A stretch of DNA of 64,000 nt. Source: Nitrosopumilus sp. Its GTDB lineage: Archaea > Thermoproteota > Nitrososphaeria > Nitrososphaerales > Nitrosopumilaceae. Where the stretch lies: NCBI GenBank assembly GCA_965205425.1, contig CBDBGZ010000007.1, forward strand, positions 32,001 through 96,000, read 5' to 3'. Position 1 is the first letter of the stretch, and the number at the start of each line of letters is the position of its first letter. Position numbers and translations under genes: made by a program. The notes beneath the pieces are model-generated. The model had not been told where the DNA came from, made no database searches, and was given only the letters and a program-made list of their open reading frames with translations. Shown piece after piece: positions 32,636-42,469 of the stretch.

Positions 32636-33606
32636 GGCCTTGTAGAAACCATCTGATTTTAACCCAATTGTGATACATTTTAGCTAATTTAGATCCATTA
32701 GGATTGTATTTGCAGATTACAGTATGGTCTCATCATACGTCAAAATGTGCAAAACACTACTCAATATAATCACCAGATGCAGAATTCCCAGGTTCTTACA
32801 TCCAAAATCAAATCATATCTATTCTGTTTGGACACATCTCATACTCTTGGCAATACGACAGTACGAATCAAAGAGTTATAGAAGATTTACAGAATTTTTA
32901 GAAGAATGTGTAGGAATTCAGGAATATCTTGGTTTGTCTACCATTCCACATTACACCACACTACAAAAGGCAGCTGCAAGACTGGAAGGAAATCTGTTAC
33001 ATAAAATGTTGCAGGAATTCATTTTGTACAAAAAAGTCAGACTGGTTCTAGCTGGAATTGATGGTAGCGGATTCAGTTACAGTACAGCATCATACTATTA
33101 TACAAAAAGAGTACAGTTACGCAGGAATTTCCTAAAAGTTGTTGTTTGTGCTGACATGAATACACAGCTTGTTTGCTGTGTCATGACACACCACAACATG
33201 CAACATGATAATCCTGATTTTCTGCCATTGTTGTACAAAACCAACAATATTGTTCCAGTTGATATTGTGTTAGGTGACATGGGTTTTGATGATGAGAATA
33301 ACCATGTTGGTGCAGAACAGATCAACACAGCTGCAATAATTCCAACTCGATATGGAACAGTTCCAATTTACAGAACCAGTGGAATTCATAGAAAGGAGAT
33401 GAAGAGGAACTTTCCTGTACAATTGTACCATCAGAGAAACAAATCTGAAACAATCTTTTTTGTGATCAAACAGATAATGTCAGGAGATGTCACATCAAGA
33501 AATGTTACAACTCAGGACAATGAGATGTTGTACAGGTTAATTGCATACAATGCTTACAGGATTAGAAAATTAGATTTTGTTATTTTATCATGGTTTCTAC
33601 AAGGCC
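32636..33606 (+). mobile_element. IS5-family-like element inserted in the FG-GAP gene
   Basis: Perfect 17-bp IRs GGCCTTGTAGAAACCAT; 9-bp TSD aaatgctgt at 32627-32635 and 33607-33615. Confidence 0.93.
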
Positions 33607-33659
33607 AAATGCTGTATCATCTACTACTGCTAATGGTATATATGATACTGGTGATGTAG
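32724..33659 (+). CDS. DDE transposase (IS5/IS4-like); frame runs past the right IR
   Basis: GIDGSGF, GDMGFD, YHQRNKSE. Confidence 0.88.
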   Translation: MVSSYVKMCKTLLNIITRCRIPRFLHPKSNHIYSVWTHLILLAIRQYESKSYRRFTEFLEECVGIQEYLGLSTIPHYTTLQKAAARLEGNLLHKMLQEFILYKKVRLVLAGIDGSGFSYSTASYYYTKRVQLRRNFLKVVVCADMNTQLVCCVMTHHNMQHDNPDFLPLLYKTNNIVPVDIVLGDMGFDDENNHVGAEQINTAAIIPTRYGTVPIYRTSGIHRKEMKRNFPVQLYHQRNKSETIFFVIKQIMSGDVTSRNVTTQDNEMLYRLIAYNAYRIRKLDFVILSWFLQGQMLYHLLLLMVYMILVM

Positions 33660-34265
33660 TCGATGTCACTGTATTATTTTCCGAACCTGTTACTGTTACT
33701 GGAACTCCGCAAATCACACTAGAAACTGGCAGTATTGATCGAACAGTTAGCTATACATCTGGCAGTGGTACTGATACCTTAACATTTCAATATGTTGTAC
33801 AACCCGGTGACACATCATTAGATCTTAATTACGTTAATGTAAATTCTCTAATGTTAAATGGAGGTAGCATTAACGCCTTAAAATCTCCAAATAATGGTGC
33901 AATTTTAACATTGCCTTCTCTAGATTTTGTTTTGAAAGTTAGACCTGTAAATGCATTTGGTTCTTTAGGATTGACCAAAGATCTTATCATTGTAGACGCT
34001 CCGCCAATCTTTGACTCTGGTATAATACAAGAGGGAACAGGAGTACTCTCTGTAACATTCTCAGAGACAATAAATCCTGACAATGTTACAGTGGGCAGCT
34101 TTACAATATCTGATACTGCAGGTAACCACATGTCTGTATCACTTGTTGATACAACACACGCCATTGATCCTGACTCTGATGACACCCTTACAATAACTCT
34201 AACTGAGGCGCAGCGACAACAAATAATCTCTTACACCGGCAGTGATAACAATGATATCTTGCATT

Positions 34266-34710
34266 TAGACATTGCAGAAGATGCAGTAAGTGATGTTGCA
34301 GGAAACGGCATTGCAGCATCAGAGGACAATGCGATAACTACAACTGGAGATACTGCCGGCCCTGAATTTGGTTCTGCTACATTTGATGCCAACACCGGAG
34401 TCCTGGATATTACATTTAATGAGACCATAAGCAACACTGACTCTTCTTCTGTGGATCTCTCAAAGCTGTTCCTTAGTGCACCAGACACTGAGAATCAGGT
34501 GCCCCTTGCAGGTGCAACAGTTGGTACTATAGGCGACTCTGTCACACTATCTATCACCCTAACTGAAGAACAGAGAATCTCAACACTTGGCAACTCTCTT
34601 ACACCGCAGCTAGACATTGCAGAAGATGCAGTAAGTGATGTTGCAGGAAACGGCATTGCAGCATCAGAGGACAATGCGATAACTACAACTGGAGATACTG
34701 CCGGCCCTGA
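34266..34710 (+). repeat. Exact 100-bp direct repeat (34266-34365 and 34611-34710)
   Basis: Both copies encode LDIAEDAVSDVAGNGIAASEDNAITTTGDTAGP. Confidence 0.92.
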
Positions 34711-35610
34711 TGGCGATGCTCTCTCACCGACATCTACACAGACTGAAACATCTTCATCTAGTGGCAGCGGCAGAATTAACTTGGATGTATCTGAAGAGTC
34801 CCACGCTGAATTCTTACACAAAGATATCGACAAATCAAATTGTGACTCTAAGGGATTTGGAATGGGTATCTCGCTTCGAATATTCAGTATAGGATATGAC
34901 AGGGAAACTAGTACTGTCAATGTGGAACTACTCTCTACATGCGGACCTGCATCTGTCTCTGTCAACACTGATGCAGGTGTGCACCTTGCAGCATTATCTC
35001 TAACATCTGAGCAGTTGCCTCAGTCCTCTGCAAATTCAACAGAGAAACAGCACCTCATATACTCTGCCATAATTAATTCTGATGCAGACTCTTTTACAGT
35101 TATAGCAAAAGACAAACGAGACACATTTACTCAGACCATAACGCTAAGTGATGACTTTGTTGAAAAGAAATACCATCATCGTACAGGGTATACTAGCGAA
35201 CAGCTAAGTTCACTTGAGAATCTAAATGCAATAGAGGATGATCCAAGACCTATAGCAGATAAGACCGTTCTAAAAAACACTGATCCTATACCTTTGTGGA
35301 TAAAGTCTGATCTGGAATTGTGGAATGGAAGTCCTGCCCGTGATATATTCTTCTTTAATTCCATTGACTATCTAATTGATAACCGCTATATCGTCTATGA
35401 AGACTGGGAAAAATCAAAAAGCCTGCGAAATCTGGATACATATCCCAAATGGCTGCTTAATGATGTAGGTAATTACCTTGATGGTAATCTCACTGATGCT
35501 GAATTCACTGAACTCATTGAGACCCTCATAGAAGAGCGTGTTGTTAGAATTGCAGATGATGACAATGATGATGGATAGATAATCTGAGATTTGGATATAA
35601 TGAATTACAA

Positions 35611-35721
35611 ATGACTCTTGATCCTGAATTTTCAAAACAAACTACAGATTTAATTCAACAAACACTAGAATTATACAAATCTGCAGGAGCTTCACCTAGA
35701 ATTGGAGAAACATGGGATTGA
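35611..35721 (+). pseudogene. 5' remnant of a host gene fused to the IS630 remnant
   Basis: MTLDPEFSKQTTDLIQQTLELYKSAGASPRIGETWD* merges directly into transposase sequence. Confidence 0.55.
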
Positions 35722-36556
35722 TGGCCTCTACGACCCCCCAAGAAGTGGTAGGCCAAGAACAATCTCCCAGACTCGAATGGATGCTATCATGTCCAAAAGC
35801 AATGCTAACTTTGTTTACCCCCATAATGTTGCAACAAAGTATCTTTTATTCCACTGGAGTAAAATTTCACATAACCCACATCAGAAAGATAATGCACCAA
35901 TACGGCATGTCTGCAAAAACTGCACAAAAATATCACATCAACCATGCAAGTATATCTGCTGTGAGAAGCTGGCAGCAACGCATCAAAAAGAGAATTTCAC
36001 GCCTAAAAAAGAAAGGATTTGTAATTGCAATGGCTGATGAAGCATTCTTTGTAAGGGATACAAAAACAGGAAAAAAGTACTGGTCACCAGTTGCCAAGAG
36101 AATATTTCTTCCATATACAGGACGACATGAGAGTCTGGCAGTGTATGGTACAATTACAGAAAATGGTAATCAACTATTCAGAGTTTATGACAAATTCAAT
36201 GCTGTAACATTTGTAGAGTACCTAAAGGAATTGCATCAGAAATGTGGCAAGATTGCAATCATTTTAGATAGAGCATCAGTTCACAAATCAAAGAAGGTAA
36301 AGGAATACCTTGCAAACAATAGAGATGTCAAACTAATCTGGTTGCCAAAGGGATCACCATACTTGAAGAACATGATAGAGCAGTGCTGGAAGATAAGCAA
36401 GTATGCATTGTTGGTTTCAGAGTATTATGCAATGTTTACAATAATGAACAAGGCAGTGTCAAAATATTTCAGAGTGACAAAATTCAAGCTTGATGTTGCA
36501 AATTATATCTTTAGAAATCCTGCAAAGATGTTTGCGAACTTTTGATCGTCGCTATA
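35705..36556 (+). mobile_element. IS630-family element, 5'-truncated, transposase in two frames
   Basis: GLYD.PRSGRP HTH; DEA...ILDRASVH...LPKGSPYL..MIE DDE; right end ...cgctaTA. Confidence 0.85.
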
Positions 36557-36674
36557 TGTAGGTCGTAAAGGCTACTGTTCAAATGATTGTTATTTCAAAG
36601 TATTAGATTCTAGATTGGATGTTTGTTTTAGTAATGATTCTAGCCATACTGAACTTTTAGCAACTCTGGTCTGA
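36555..36674 (+). pseudogene. 3' remnant of a small Cys-containing gene at the IS630 TA target
   Basis: YVGRKGYCSNDCYFKVLDSRLDVCFSNDSSHTELLATLV* begins exactly at the TA. Confidence 0.45.
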
Positions 36675-36678
36675 TCTT

Positions 36679-36870
36679 TTATTTCATTGTCTTTGCAATG
36701 TAATCTAGTAGATTCTTTTTCTCACTGTCATATTTATCGTGATTTTTTACAAAATCTTTGATTGCTATTACAATCGAATTAGTATCCAAATTTTCCTTAG
36801 TCTTTAGAATTGTCTGTAATAGAATCTCTTTTGATGTTTCTATCTCTAATTTTCTTTGAGATACATTCAC
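36679..36870 (-). CDS. Hypothetical protein
   Basis: 63-aa ORF with host-like codon usage. Confidence 0.5.
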   Translation of the reverse strand: MNVSQRKLEIETSKEILLQTILKTKENLDTNSIVIAIKDFVKNHDKYDSEKKNLLDYIAKTMK

Positions 36871-37021
36871 AGACTATGTTTGTTTTTTAGATTTTAATAT
36901 TTACTACTGTTTATGACTTGATTTTGAATTATTATTTTAGACATTTTTGTTCCTAAATTCTCTATTTTATCATCTTGTCTTCAGTTAGTATTTAATGACA
37001 GTTTGTTATTGTAGAAAACGT

Positions 37022-37717
37022 ATGGATTCCACTGATGTTATAGACGAAGTCAACGCATTATTGAAGTTAGGTGTTGGTGATTCGTATAGACTGGAGCATA
37101 TCAAACAAGCATTTATTCAAAATAAAACAATCTGGGTAACTGACGAAAACTATCTTAAAAGAATGAGAGAAAAATATCTTGTTAAACATACTTCTGAGAT
37201 TGAACCTGATGCAGAAATTGTCTTTGAAAATGAACCTGAAAACAAAGAAACTATTCATTGTTGGAAATGTGGAAAAAAATGTCCGTTAGGTGCTAATTTT
37301 TGTATGGGTTGTGGAACTTCTATATTTGAAATAGGTGAAACTTCTCAATCTGACACTGATTCAAAATCTACACGTTCTAAAAATTTTACAAAATCCATTC
37401 CCTTAAAAATTCCAATACTAGTTGGAATTCCTGTTTTAATTTTGATTATTCTTGGTGCCGGATACTCTCAAGGATATTTTGATAATGCATTGGAACGTTC
37501 ATCTCCCAAATCTATCCCTGTTCCTGTAATTGAGAATGAAATAATCACTTCAGGCGAAACTGATTCTAAATGTGGTTCTGGAACTGTCTTTGATTCTGAA
37601 TCCAACTCTTGCGTTTTAGGAAGTGTATCTGACACTGTAACTTCAGAAGAAACTGATTCTAAATGTGGTTCTGGAACTGTCTTTGATTCTGAATCAAACT
37701 CTTGTATTCTTGAATAA
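37022..37717 (+). CDS. Zn-ribbon membrane protein with a duplicated C-terminal CGSGTVFDSESNSC motif
   Basis: CWKCG...CMGCG, one TM helix; 47-bp exact repeat at 37556 and 37649. Confidence 0.78.
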   Translation: MDSTDVIDEVNALLKLGVGDSYRLEHIKQAFIQNKTIWVTDENYLKRMREKYLVKHTSEIEPDAEIVFENEPENKETIHCWKCGKKCPLGANFCMGCGTSIFEIGETSQSDTDSKSTRSKNFTKSIPLKIPILVGIPVLILIILGAGYSQGYFDNALERSSPKSIPVPVIENEIITSGETDSKCGSGTVFDSESNSCVLGSVSDTVTSEETDSKCGSGTVFDSESNSCILE

Positions 37718-37783
37718 ATGAAATCATATTTTTTGTTAAAATCTACCAATAATTTTTTCTATGTCTTCTTGCAGTAAGATATA

Positions 37784-37996
37784 GTGCATTGTGATAATTC
37801 CTGTAAAAAACTCAAGGCCATTAGTAATAGTCATGAGGGTGGTAGATATGAACAAGGTCAAAAACGATGCCCAAATTGTGAAGTATTCATTGTATGGGAT
37901 GGATTGTGGTGTCCTTGCTGTGGACGTTTATTGAGAACAAAACCTAGAGCTAGAAAATTAAAGCAGAGATTGGCTCTGATAAAATCTAAGAAATGA
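37784..37996 (+). CDS. Small Cys-rich Zn-finger protein
   Basis: RY..GQKRCPNCEVF...CPCCG..LRTKPR. Confidence 0.72.
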   Translation: MHCDNSCKKLKAISNSHEGGRYEQGQKRCPNCEVFIVWDGLWCPCCGRLLRTKPRARKLKQRLALIKSKK

Positions 37997-38018
37997 TTTT
38001 GTAGATTTTATATTTCTA

Positions 38019-38267
38019 TTAATTACTGCTATTTACAATTTCAGACAATTTACGGATATGTGTTGAATTGTTTTTTACTGCTCGGCTTATCGCTTTTTGC
38101 ATCTCATCTTTGTATTCTTGATGCTCTTTTTTATTTTCCTTAATCACATCACATTTTTCAATAATATCTAAATCCTTAAAATTTTTGTATTGATCATGTG
38201 TAACATAACATGTGTAGAGTTTTTCTTCCTCTTTGAATTTGTAAATGATTTTGAATGGTATTCTTAA
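38019..38267 (-). pseudogene. 82-codon frame lacking a canonical start (TTA after an AGGTGA SD-like motif)
   Basis: LRIPFKIIYKFKEEEKLYTCYVTHDQYKNF...SSN*. Confidence 0.5.
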
Positions 38268-38500
38268 TCACCTATTTTATGAACTTGTGATATTTATTCA
38301 AATGTAATTAAGAATCAATACATGTGATTTTCATTAATTCCCATTATTGGGATAAATTTCTATGGAGTGAATCTAAATTTTAATTCATTCCGATAATGAT
38401 AATATTGTGGTACTAAAATAAAATTCAATAATGAAATCAACGAATATTGTTGCTTTGTTGGTGTTTGCTCAAATTATCATTATTTCTGCAAGTTTTGGAT

Positions 38501-39165
38501 TGGAGTGGACCCCTGTTTTTAGTACCACTTTTTGCATTATTTTACATACAGTCTGATTCATTTATGTTTTCATCTCCCATAACTCCATGAATTCATCAGG
38601 AGTAAGGTACCCTAACGCTGAATGAATCCTGGAACCATTGTAATCGATTCGTGCTTTCTCTAGAGCAACTTCGGCTTCCTGATAGTTTGCAAACTCGTAC
38701 CTCCACAAGTATTCCTTCTTGAGTGTTTTGTGGAATGATTCGACATGTCCGTTTTGTTCTGGCGTGTGGTGTCAGATGAATTCGTGTCTTATTCCAAGTA
38801 GAACAACTGCTTTTCTGAAATCTCGGCTGTTGTATTGCGAACCGTTGTCAGTTCTGAGAATCAGTTTTGTGCAATCAGGCTTTACAGTAGCTACTGCATT
38901 AATGATGCTGTCAATTGCAGTGTTCTTTGGAGCTGCCACATCAAATGAATGCCAAATCCACCTTTTGCTAAATGCATCAATCACGTTAAAGCAGTAGCAC
39001 CATCTGTCAACCCCACACCAGACATAGGTGATGTCTGTCTGCCACAACTGGTTTGGTGCATCAGGCTTGAATAATGTTCTGGCAGATTTGATGATGTCAT
39101 TTTTGGTCTTTTTAGGCTCAATCCAGCCCAATTTGTGAAATATTCTTCTGATTTGTATTCTGTTC
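38501..39165 (-). mobile_element. IS3-family remnant (integrase core with an in-frame stop at 38772-38774)
   Basis: WQTDITY, TDNGSQY, TPEQNGHVESFH, RIHSALGYLTP; end TGGAGTGGACCCC at 38501. Confidence 0.85.
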
Positions 39166-39397
39166 TTCCTCACATGATTCAAAATTCATTTCATGATTGG
39201 GAACGAACTATTGGGGGTTTTGAAGAATCCGACGAAAAATTGATGAACATGTTCACATCACATCCGGCATATCTTGCATTTTATGAAACGTATCCTGATG
39301 CAAAAGAAGAGTTTCAAAATCGTAATAGAGGAAATGGAAATCTCAATGTGGGTGTAATGAATTTTGAGACCGGTGATCAAATTATTTTAGATATGTA

Positions 39398-39528
39398 TAG
39401 CGAGAAGCATATGTTCATGAACTATTTTCAAGGTGTTTCAGATTGTTTATTCGTATTTACCTTAGGTAAAATCATCTAATCTCTAGTTTTTTGATGATTT
39501 TTAGTTCACGAACTTTATCTTTTCGCTA
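39398..39528. mobile_element. 131-bp MITE of IS630 type with TA target duplication
   Basis: IRs including TA: TATAGCGAGAAGCATATGTTCATGAACTA vs TATAGCGAAAAGATAAAGTTCGTGAACTA (23/29); excision restores the host frame. Confidence 0.85.
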
Positions 39529-39771
39529 TATTATGATAAATGGGATGATCGAGTTAACGTAAATGTTAGATGTAATATTATGGGTGAGGATAATAGACGT
39601 AATGATAATTTACGTGCAGACGGACTCTGCCGAAGACTTCATCCGAAATATAGATTGTCTAAATCACATTGAAACTACTCCTCAATTAGAAATACAGCCA
39701 TAATACAAATTTTTAAAATTTATGTTGATGGTGGAGTAATTTTAGTACAAAATTAGTCTGGAAAGGTTGAA

Positions 39772-39865
39772 TGGACCGGATGGGATTTGAACCCACGACC
39801 TTTGCGGGAAATAATTCCTTACGCAGTGTGAGTGCGTCATCCAAACCAAACTAGACGACCGGTCC
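39772..39865 (-). tRNA. tRNA-Val(CAC) with a 19-nt intron (39801-39819) at about position 44/45
   Basis: ACGCA-CTCACAC-TGCGT anticodon arm; bulge-helix-bulge TGCG-TAA-GGAA-TTAT-TTCC-CGCA-AAG. Confidence 0.9.
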
Positions 39866-39958
39866 AACTCAATTAGTTTGTGGGTAGTTTTTTTGTCTTT
39901 GCTATGTGATATGTCACTATTACCTTGACCTTTTGTACTAATTCTAAAAATCTTCATC

Positions 39959-40207
39959 ATGTCATTACAAGAATTTGATGCATTAATTGATCGTATGAAA
40001 TTGGCCTTTGAATATGCTGATAATTTGGGGCAATATGTAGAAGCTGCTAAAGTTTTGTTTCAAATGAATAATCAACTACCAGATGATCTTCAATTAATCT
40101 TTGAAGAATTAGATAATCCTGAAGCTGCAAAATCCTTTGTAAAACAATACAATAATGAATTAAAATCTGCAATTGTAGATTACAGACAAAGATTGATGAC
40201 TGTTTAA
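39959..40207 (+). CDS. Hypothetical protein
   Basis: 82-aa helical ORF, host-like codon usage. Confidence 0.7.
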   Translation: MSLQEFDALIDRMKLAFEYADNLGQYVEAAKVLFQMNNQLPDDLQLIFEELDNPEAAKSFVKQYNNELKSAIVDYRQRLMTV

Positions 40208-40209
40208 TC

Positions 40210-40377
40210 CTATTTCTTAACACCGAGATTTCTGTTCTTTAATCTCAAGTATGGATTTCTGCATTTCCTACATCTTGTTGCGCCAATATCGTTTCTACAT
40301 CCACATTTGAAGCAAATTCTCATTACAAGACGTGCTTGTTGTGCAATTCGTTTCTTTTCTGGGTCTGTAACTGGCAT
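40210..40377 (-). CDS. rpl40e: 50S ribosomal protein L40e (not in ORF track)
   Basis: MPVTDPEKKRIAQ...ICFKCGCRNDIGATRCRKCRNPYLRLK. Confidence 0.92.
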   Translation of the reverse strand: MPVTDPEKKRIAQQARLVMRICFKCGCRNDIGATRCRKCRNPYLRLKNRNLGVKK

Positions 40378-40408
40378 TTAATTTTCTCCTCAATCTCTCT
40401 CTTTTATT

Positions 40409-41326
40409 CTAATCGGATTTTTCCATCTTTCCTGCTAATAATACTGGTACTTCTGCAGGTCTTTTTGCAACTGGAATATTTGCTTTGTTAAACATTGACA
40501 CTTTGGATTCTGCTGAACCATAAGTTCCCATTACAATTGCTCCTGCATGTCCCATTCTCTTCTCTTTTGGTGCTGCCCGTCCTGCAATGTAAGCTACAGT
40601 TGGTTTGTTAAATCCACTGTCAATAATTCTCTGAGCTAAAATTTCTTCAGAATCTCCGCCAATTTCTCCTACTACTACCAACCCCTCTAAATCTGGAATA
40701 TCTTTTACCATTTCAAATGCATCAATTAGTCTTGTACCATTAACTGGATCTCCTCCAATACCAATTGTAATTGATTGCCCGAAACCAGAATTTGTTAGAG
40801 CATCTGAAATTTCATAGAGTAATGTTCCACTTTTTGATAACACTGCAATTTTTCCTGCTTTGAAAGGCATAGGTGGCATAATTCCAATTTTGATTAATTC
40901 TGGAATCATAATTCCTGGTGTGTTTGGTCCAATCACTACTGCTCCTTTTTGATTTGCAAGATCTAATGTTTCCATTGTATCTCTAATTGGAACATGCTCT
41001 GGAATTGCAACAAGCAATTTGATTTCTGCATTCAATGCATCTTTTGCTGCTGAAAGAAAGAATTTTGCTGGGACAAAGATAATTGAAATTTTTGCATTTG
41101 TTGCATCTACTGCTTCTTGCATTGTGTTGTAAACTGGAACTTTATCTTCAAATTTCTGACCTCCTTTCCCTGGAGTAACTCCTGCAACTACATTGGTTCC
41201 ATATGCTATCATTTGTTTTGCATGCAGTGAACCATATGCACCTGTAATTCCTTGAACTATAACTCCTTTATTTTCATAATCAGAATCTTCTGGTTTTCCC
41301 TTTAGTAATCCAAAAATTTCTGTCAT
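40409..41326 (-). CDS. sucD: Succinyl-CoA synthetase alpha subunit
   Basis: VQGITG, GVTPGKGG, GPNTPG, MGHAGA. Confidence 0.95.
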   Translation of the reverse strand: MTEIFGLLKGKPEDSDYENKGVIVQGITGAYGSLHAKQMIAYGTNVVAGVTPGKGGQKFEDKVPVYNTMQEAVDATNAKISIIFVPAKFFLSAAKDALNAEIKLLVAIPEHVPIRDTMETLDLANQKGAVVIGPNTPGIMIPELIKIGIMPPMPFKAGKIAVLSKSGTLLYEISDALTNSGFGQSITIGIGGDPVNGTRLIDAFEMVKDIPDLEGLVVVGEIGGDSEEILAQRIIDSGFNKPTVAYIAGRAAPKEKRMGHAGAIVMGTYGSAESKVSMFNKANIPVAKRPAEVPVLLAGKMEKSD

Positions 41327-42429
41327 TTCTTTACTCCCATTACTGCTGCATTAATTGCCTCTTCTACAGAATCAAATATGTTGGTTCTAGAACCTTGAAG
41401 CATTTCTTTTGCTTTTTCAGATTCTGTACCTTTTAGTCTTGAAAATACCGGTAAATCAATTAGATTATTTTCATATGCTTTGAGAAATGCTTCTGCAACA
41501 ACTGTTGTTTTCACAATTCCTCCATAAAGATTCACGAGAATTCCTTTCACTCTATCTAATTTACTAATCAAAGTTAATGCTTCATACACTGATTCTGTGG
41601 TTGCACCGCCCCCTACATCTAGGAAACATGCGGGTTTTCCACCATTGTCTGATAACATATCTAGTGTTGACATTACTAATCCTGCACCGTTTCCAACAAC
41701 TGCGATATCTCCATCTAACTCTACAAGTGAAAATCCACTTTTCTCAGCTTGCTCTTCAATTGCTGTCTTTTCTTGGTATTTTTGCAATTCTGGATGTCGG
41801 AAATTACTATTGTCATCTGTTACAAATTTACCATCAAGTGCCATAATGGTGTCATCCTGCATAATTGCTAATGGGTTAATTTCTACAAGTTCTGCTTCTT
41901 TTTCAATTGTAAGTTTTGATAATTTTTTTAATGTGTCAACAAATTGGTCTGCTGTGTTTCCTTCTAATTCCATCTCTTTTGCAACTTCTTTTGCAAGCTC
42001 ATCTGAAACTTCACCCAATCCTACTTCTTTGATAATTTGATTTTTTACTGATTCAATTTCAACGCCTCCTTCAGCTGATGCTATGATGGTGTAGCATCTT
42101 TTTGAACGATTCAAAAATAGTGACAGATACAATTCTTTTTTGATATCTGCCATTTTCTCAAGTAAGATTGCTCTTGCTTTTTCACCCTTTATTGTCAAGT
42201 CCATTACTTGAGGATACTTTATCTCAAATTCATCATCATTTTGACATTTTTGAATTCCACCAGCTTTACCTCTGCCCCCAACTGGAACCTGAATTTTAAT
42301 TACAAACGGATATCCTAATTCTTTAACATGTTTTCGACCTTCTTCTATGTTAGTAGATGATATGCTGGGAAGAAGATTGATTCCATATTCTCTAAACAAT
42401 TCCTTAGCCTGAAATTCTAATAATTGCAT
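41323..42429 (-). CDS. sucC: Succinyl-CoA synthetase beta subunit
   Basis: LLEFQAK, GGRGKAGG, EINPL, GNGAGL, FLDVGGGA. Confidence 0.95.
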   Translation of the reverse strand: MQLLEFQAKELFREYGINLLPSISSTNIEEGRKHVKELGYPFVIKIQVPVGGRGKAGGIQKCQNDDEFEIKYPQVMDLTIKGEKARAILLEKMADIKKELYLSLFLNRSKRCYTIIASAEGGVEIESVKNQIIKEVGLGEVSDELAKEVAKEMELEGNTADQFVDTLKKLSKLTIEKEAELVEINPLAIMQDDTIMALDGKFVTDDNSNFRHPELQKYQEKTAIEEQAEKSGFSLVELDGDIAVVGNGAGLVMSTLDMLSDNGGKPACFLDVGGGATTESVYEALTLISKLDRVKGILVNLYGGIVKTTVVAEAFLKAYENNLIDLPVFSRLKGTESEKAKEMLQGSRTNIFDSVEEAINAAVMGVKK

Positions 42430-42469
42430 GCAAAAATCATGAATTTTACGGTCTTTATTAACTATGATA

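Larger units (their letters stand above)
31303..35578 (+). pseudogene. FG-GAP-repeat surface protein, disrupted by a 1-nt deletion (32150/32151) and an IS insertion
   Basis: ORFs 31303-32211, 32208-32645 and 33590-35578 are collinear with the 2446-aa paralog; signal-peptide-like N-terminus; C-terminal IPxWIK...YLI region. Confidence 0.88.
38431..39703 (+). pseudogene. Secreted/membrane protein gene broken by an IS3 remnant, a MITE and a probable frameshift
   Basis: MKSTNIVALLVFAQIIIISASFG | IS3 | LPHMIQ...IILDM | MITE | YYDKWDDRVNVNVRC... Confidence 0.6.

Noticed and set aside
37556..37695. 47-bp direct repeat with 93-bp period as a second repeat-spacer-repeat scar
   Set aside because: It is in frame, similarity extends imperfectly beyond the exact core, and it duplicates a Cys motif: an ordinary domain duplication.
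29137..39865. tRNA-integrated provirus or integrative element
   Set aside because: No tyrosine/serine integrase, viral genes or duplicated tRNA 3' end seen.
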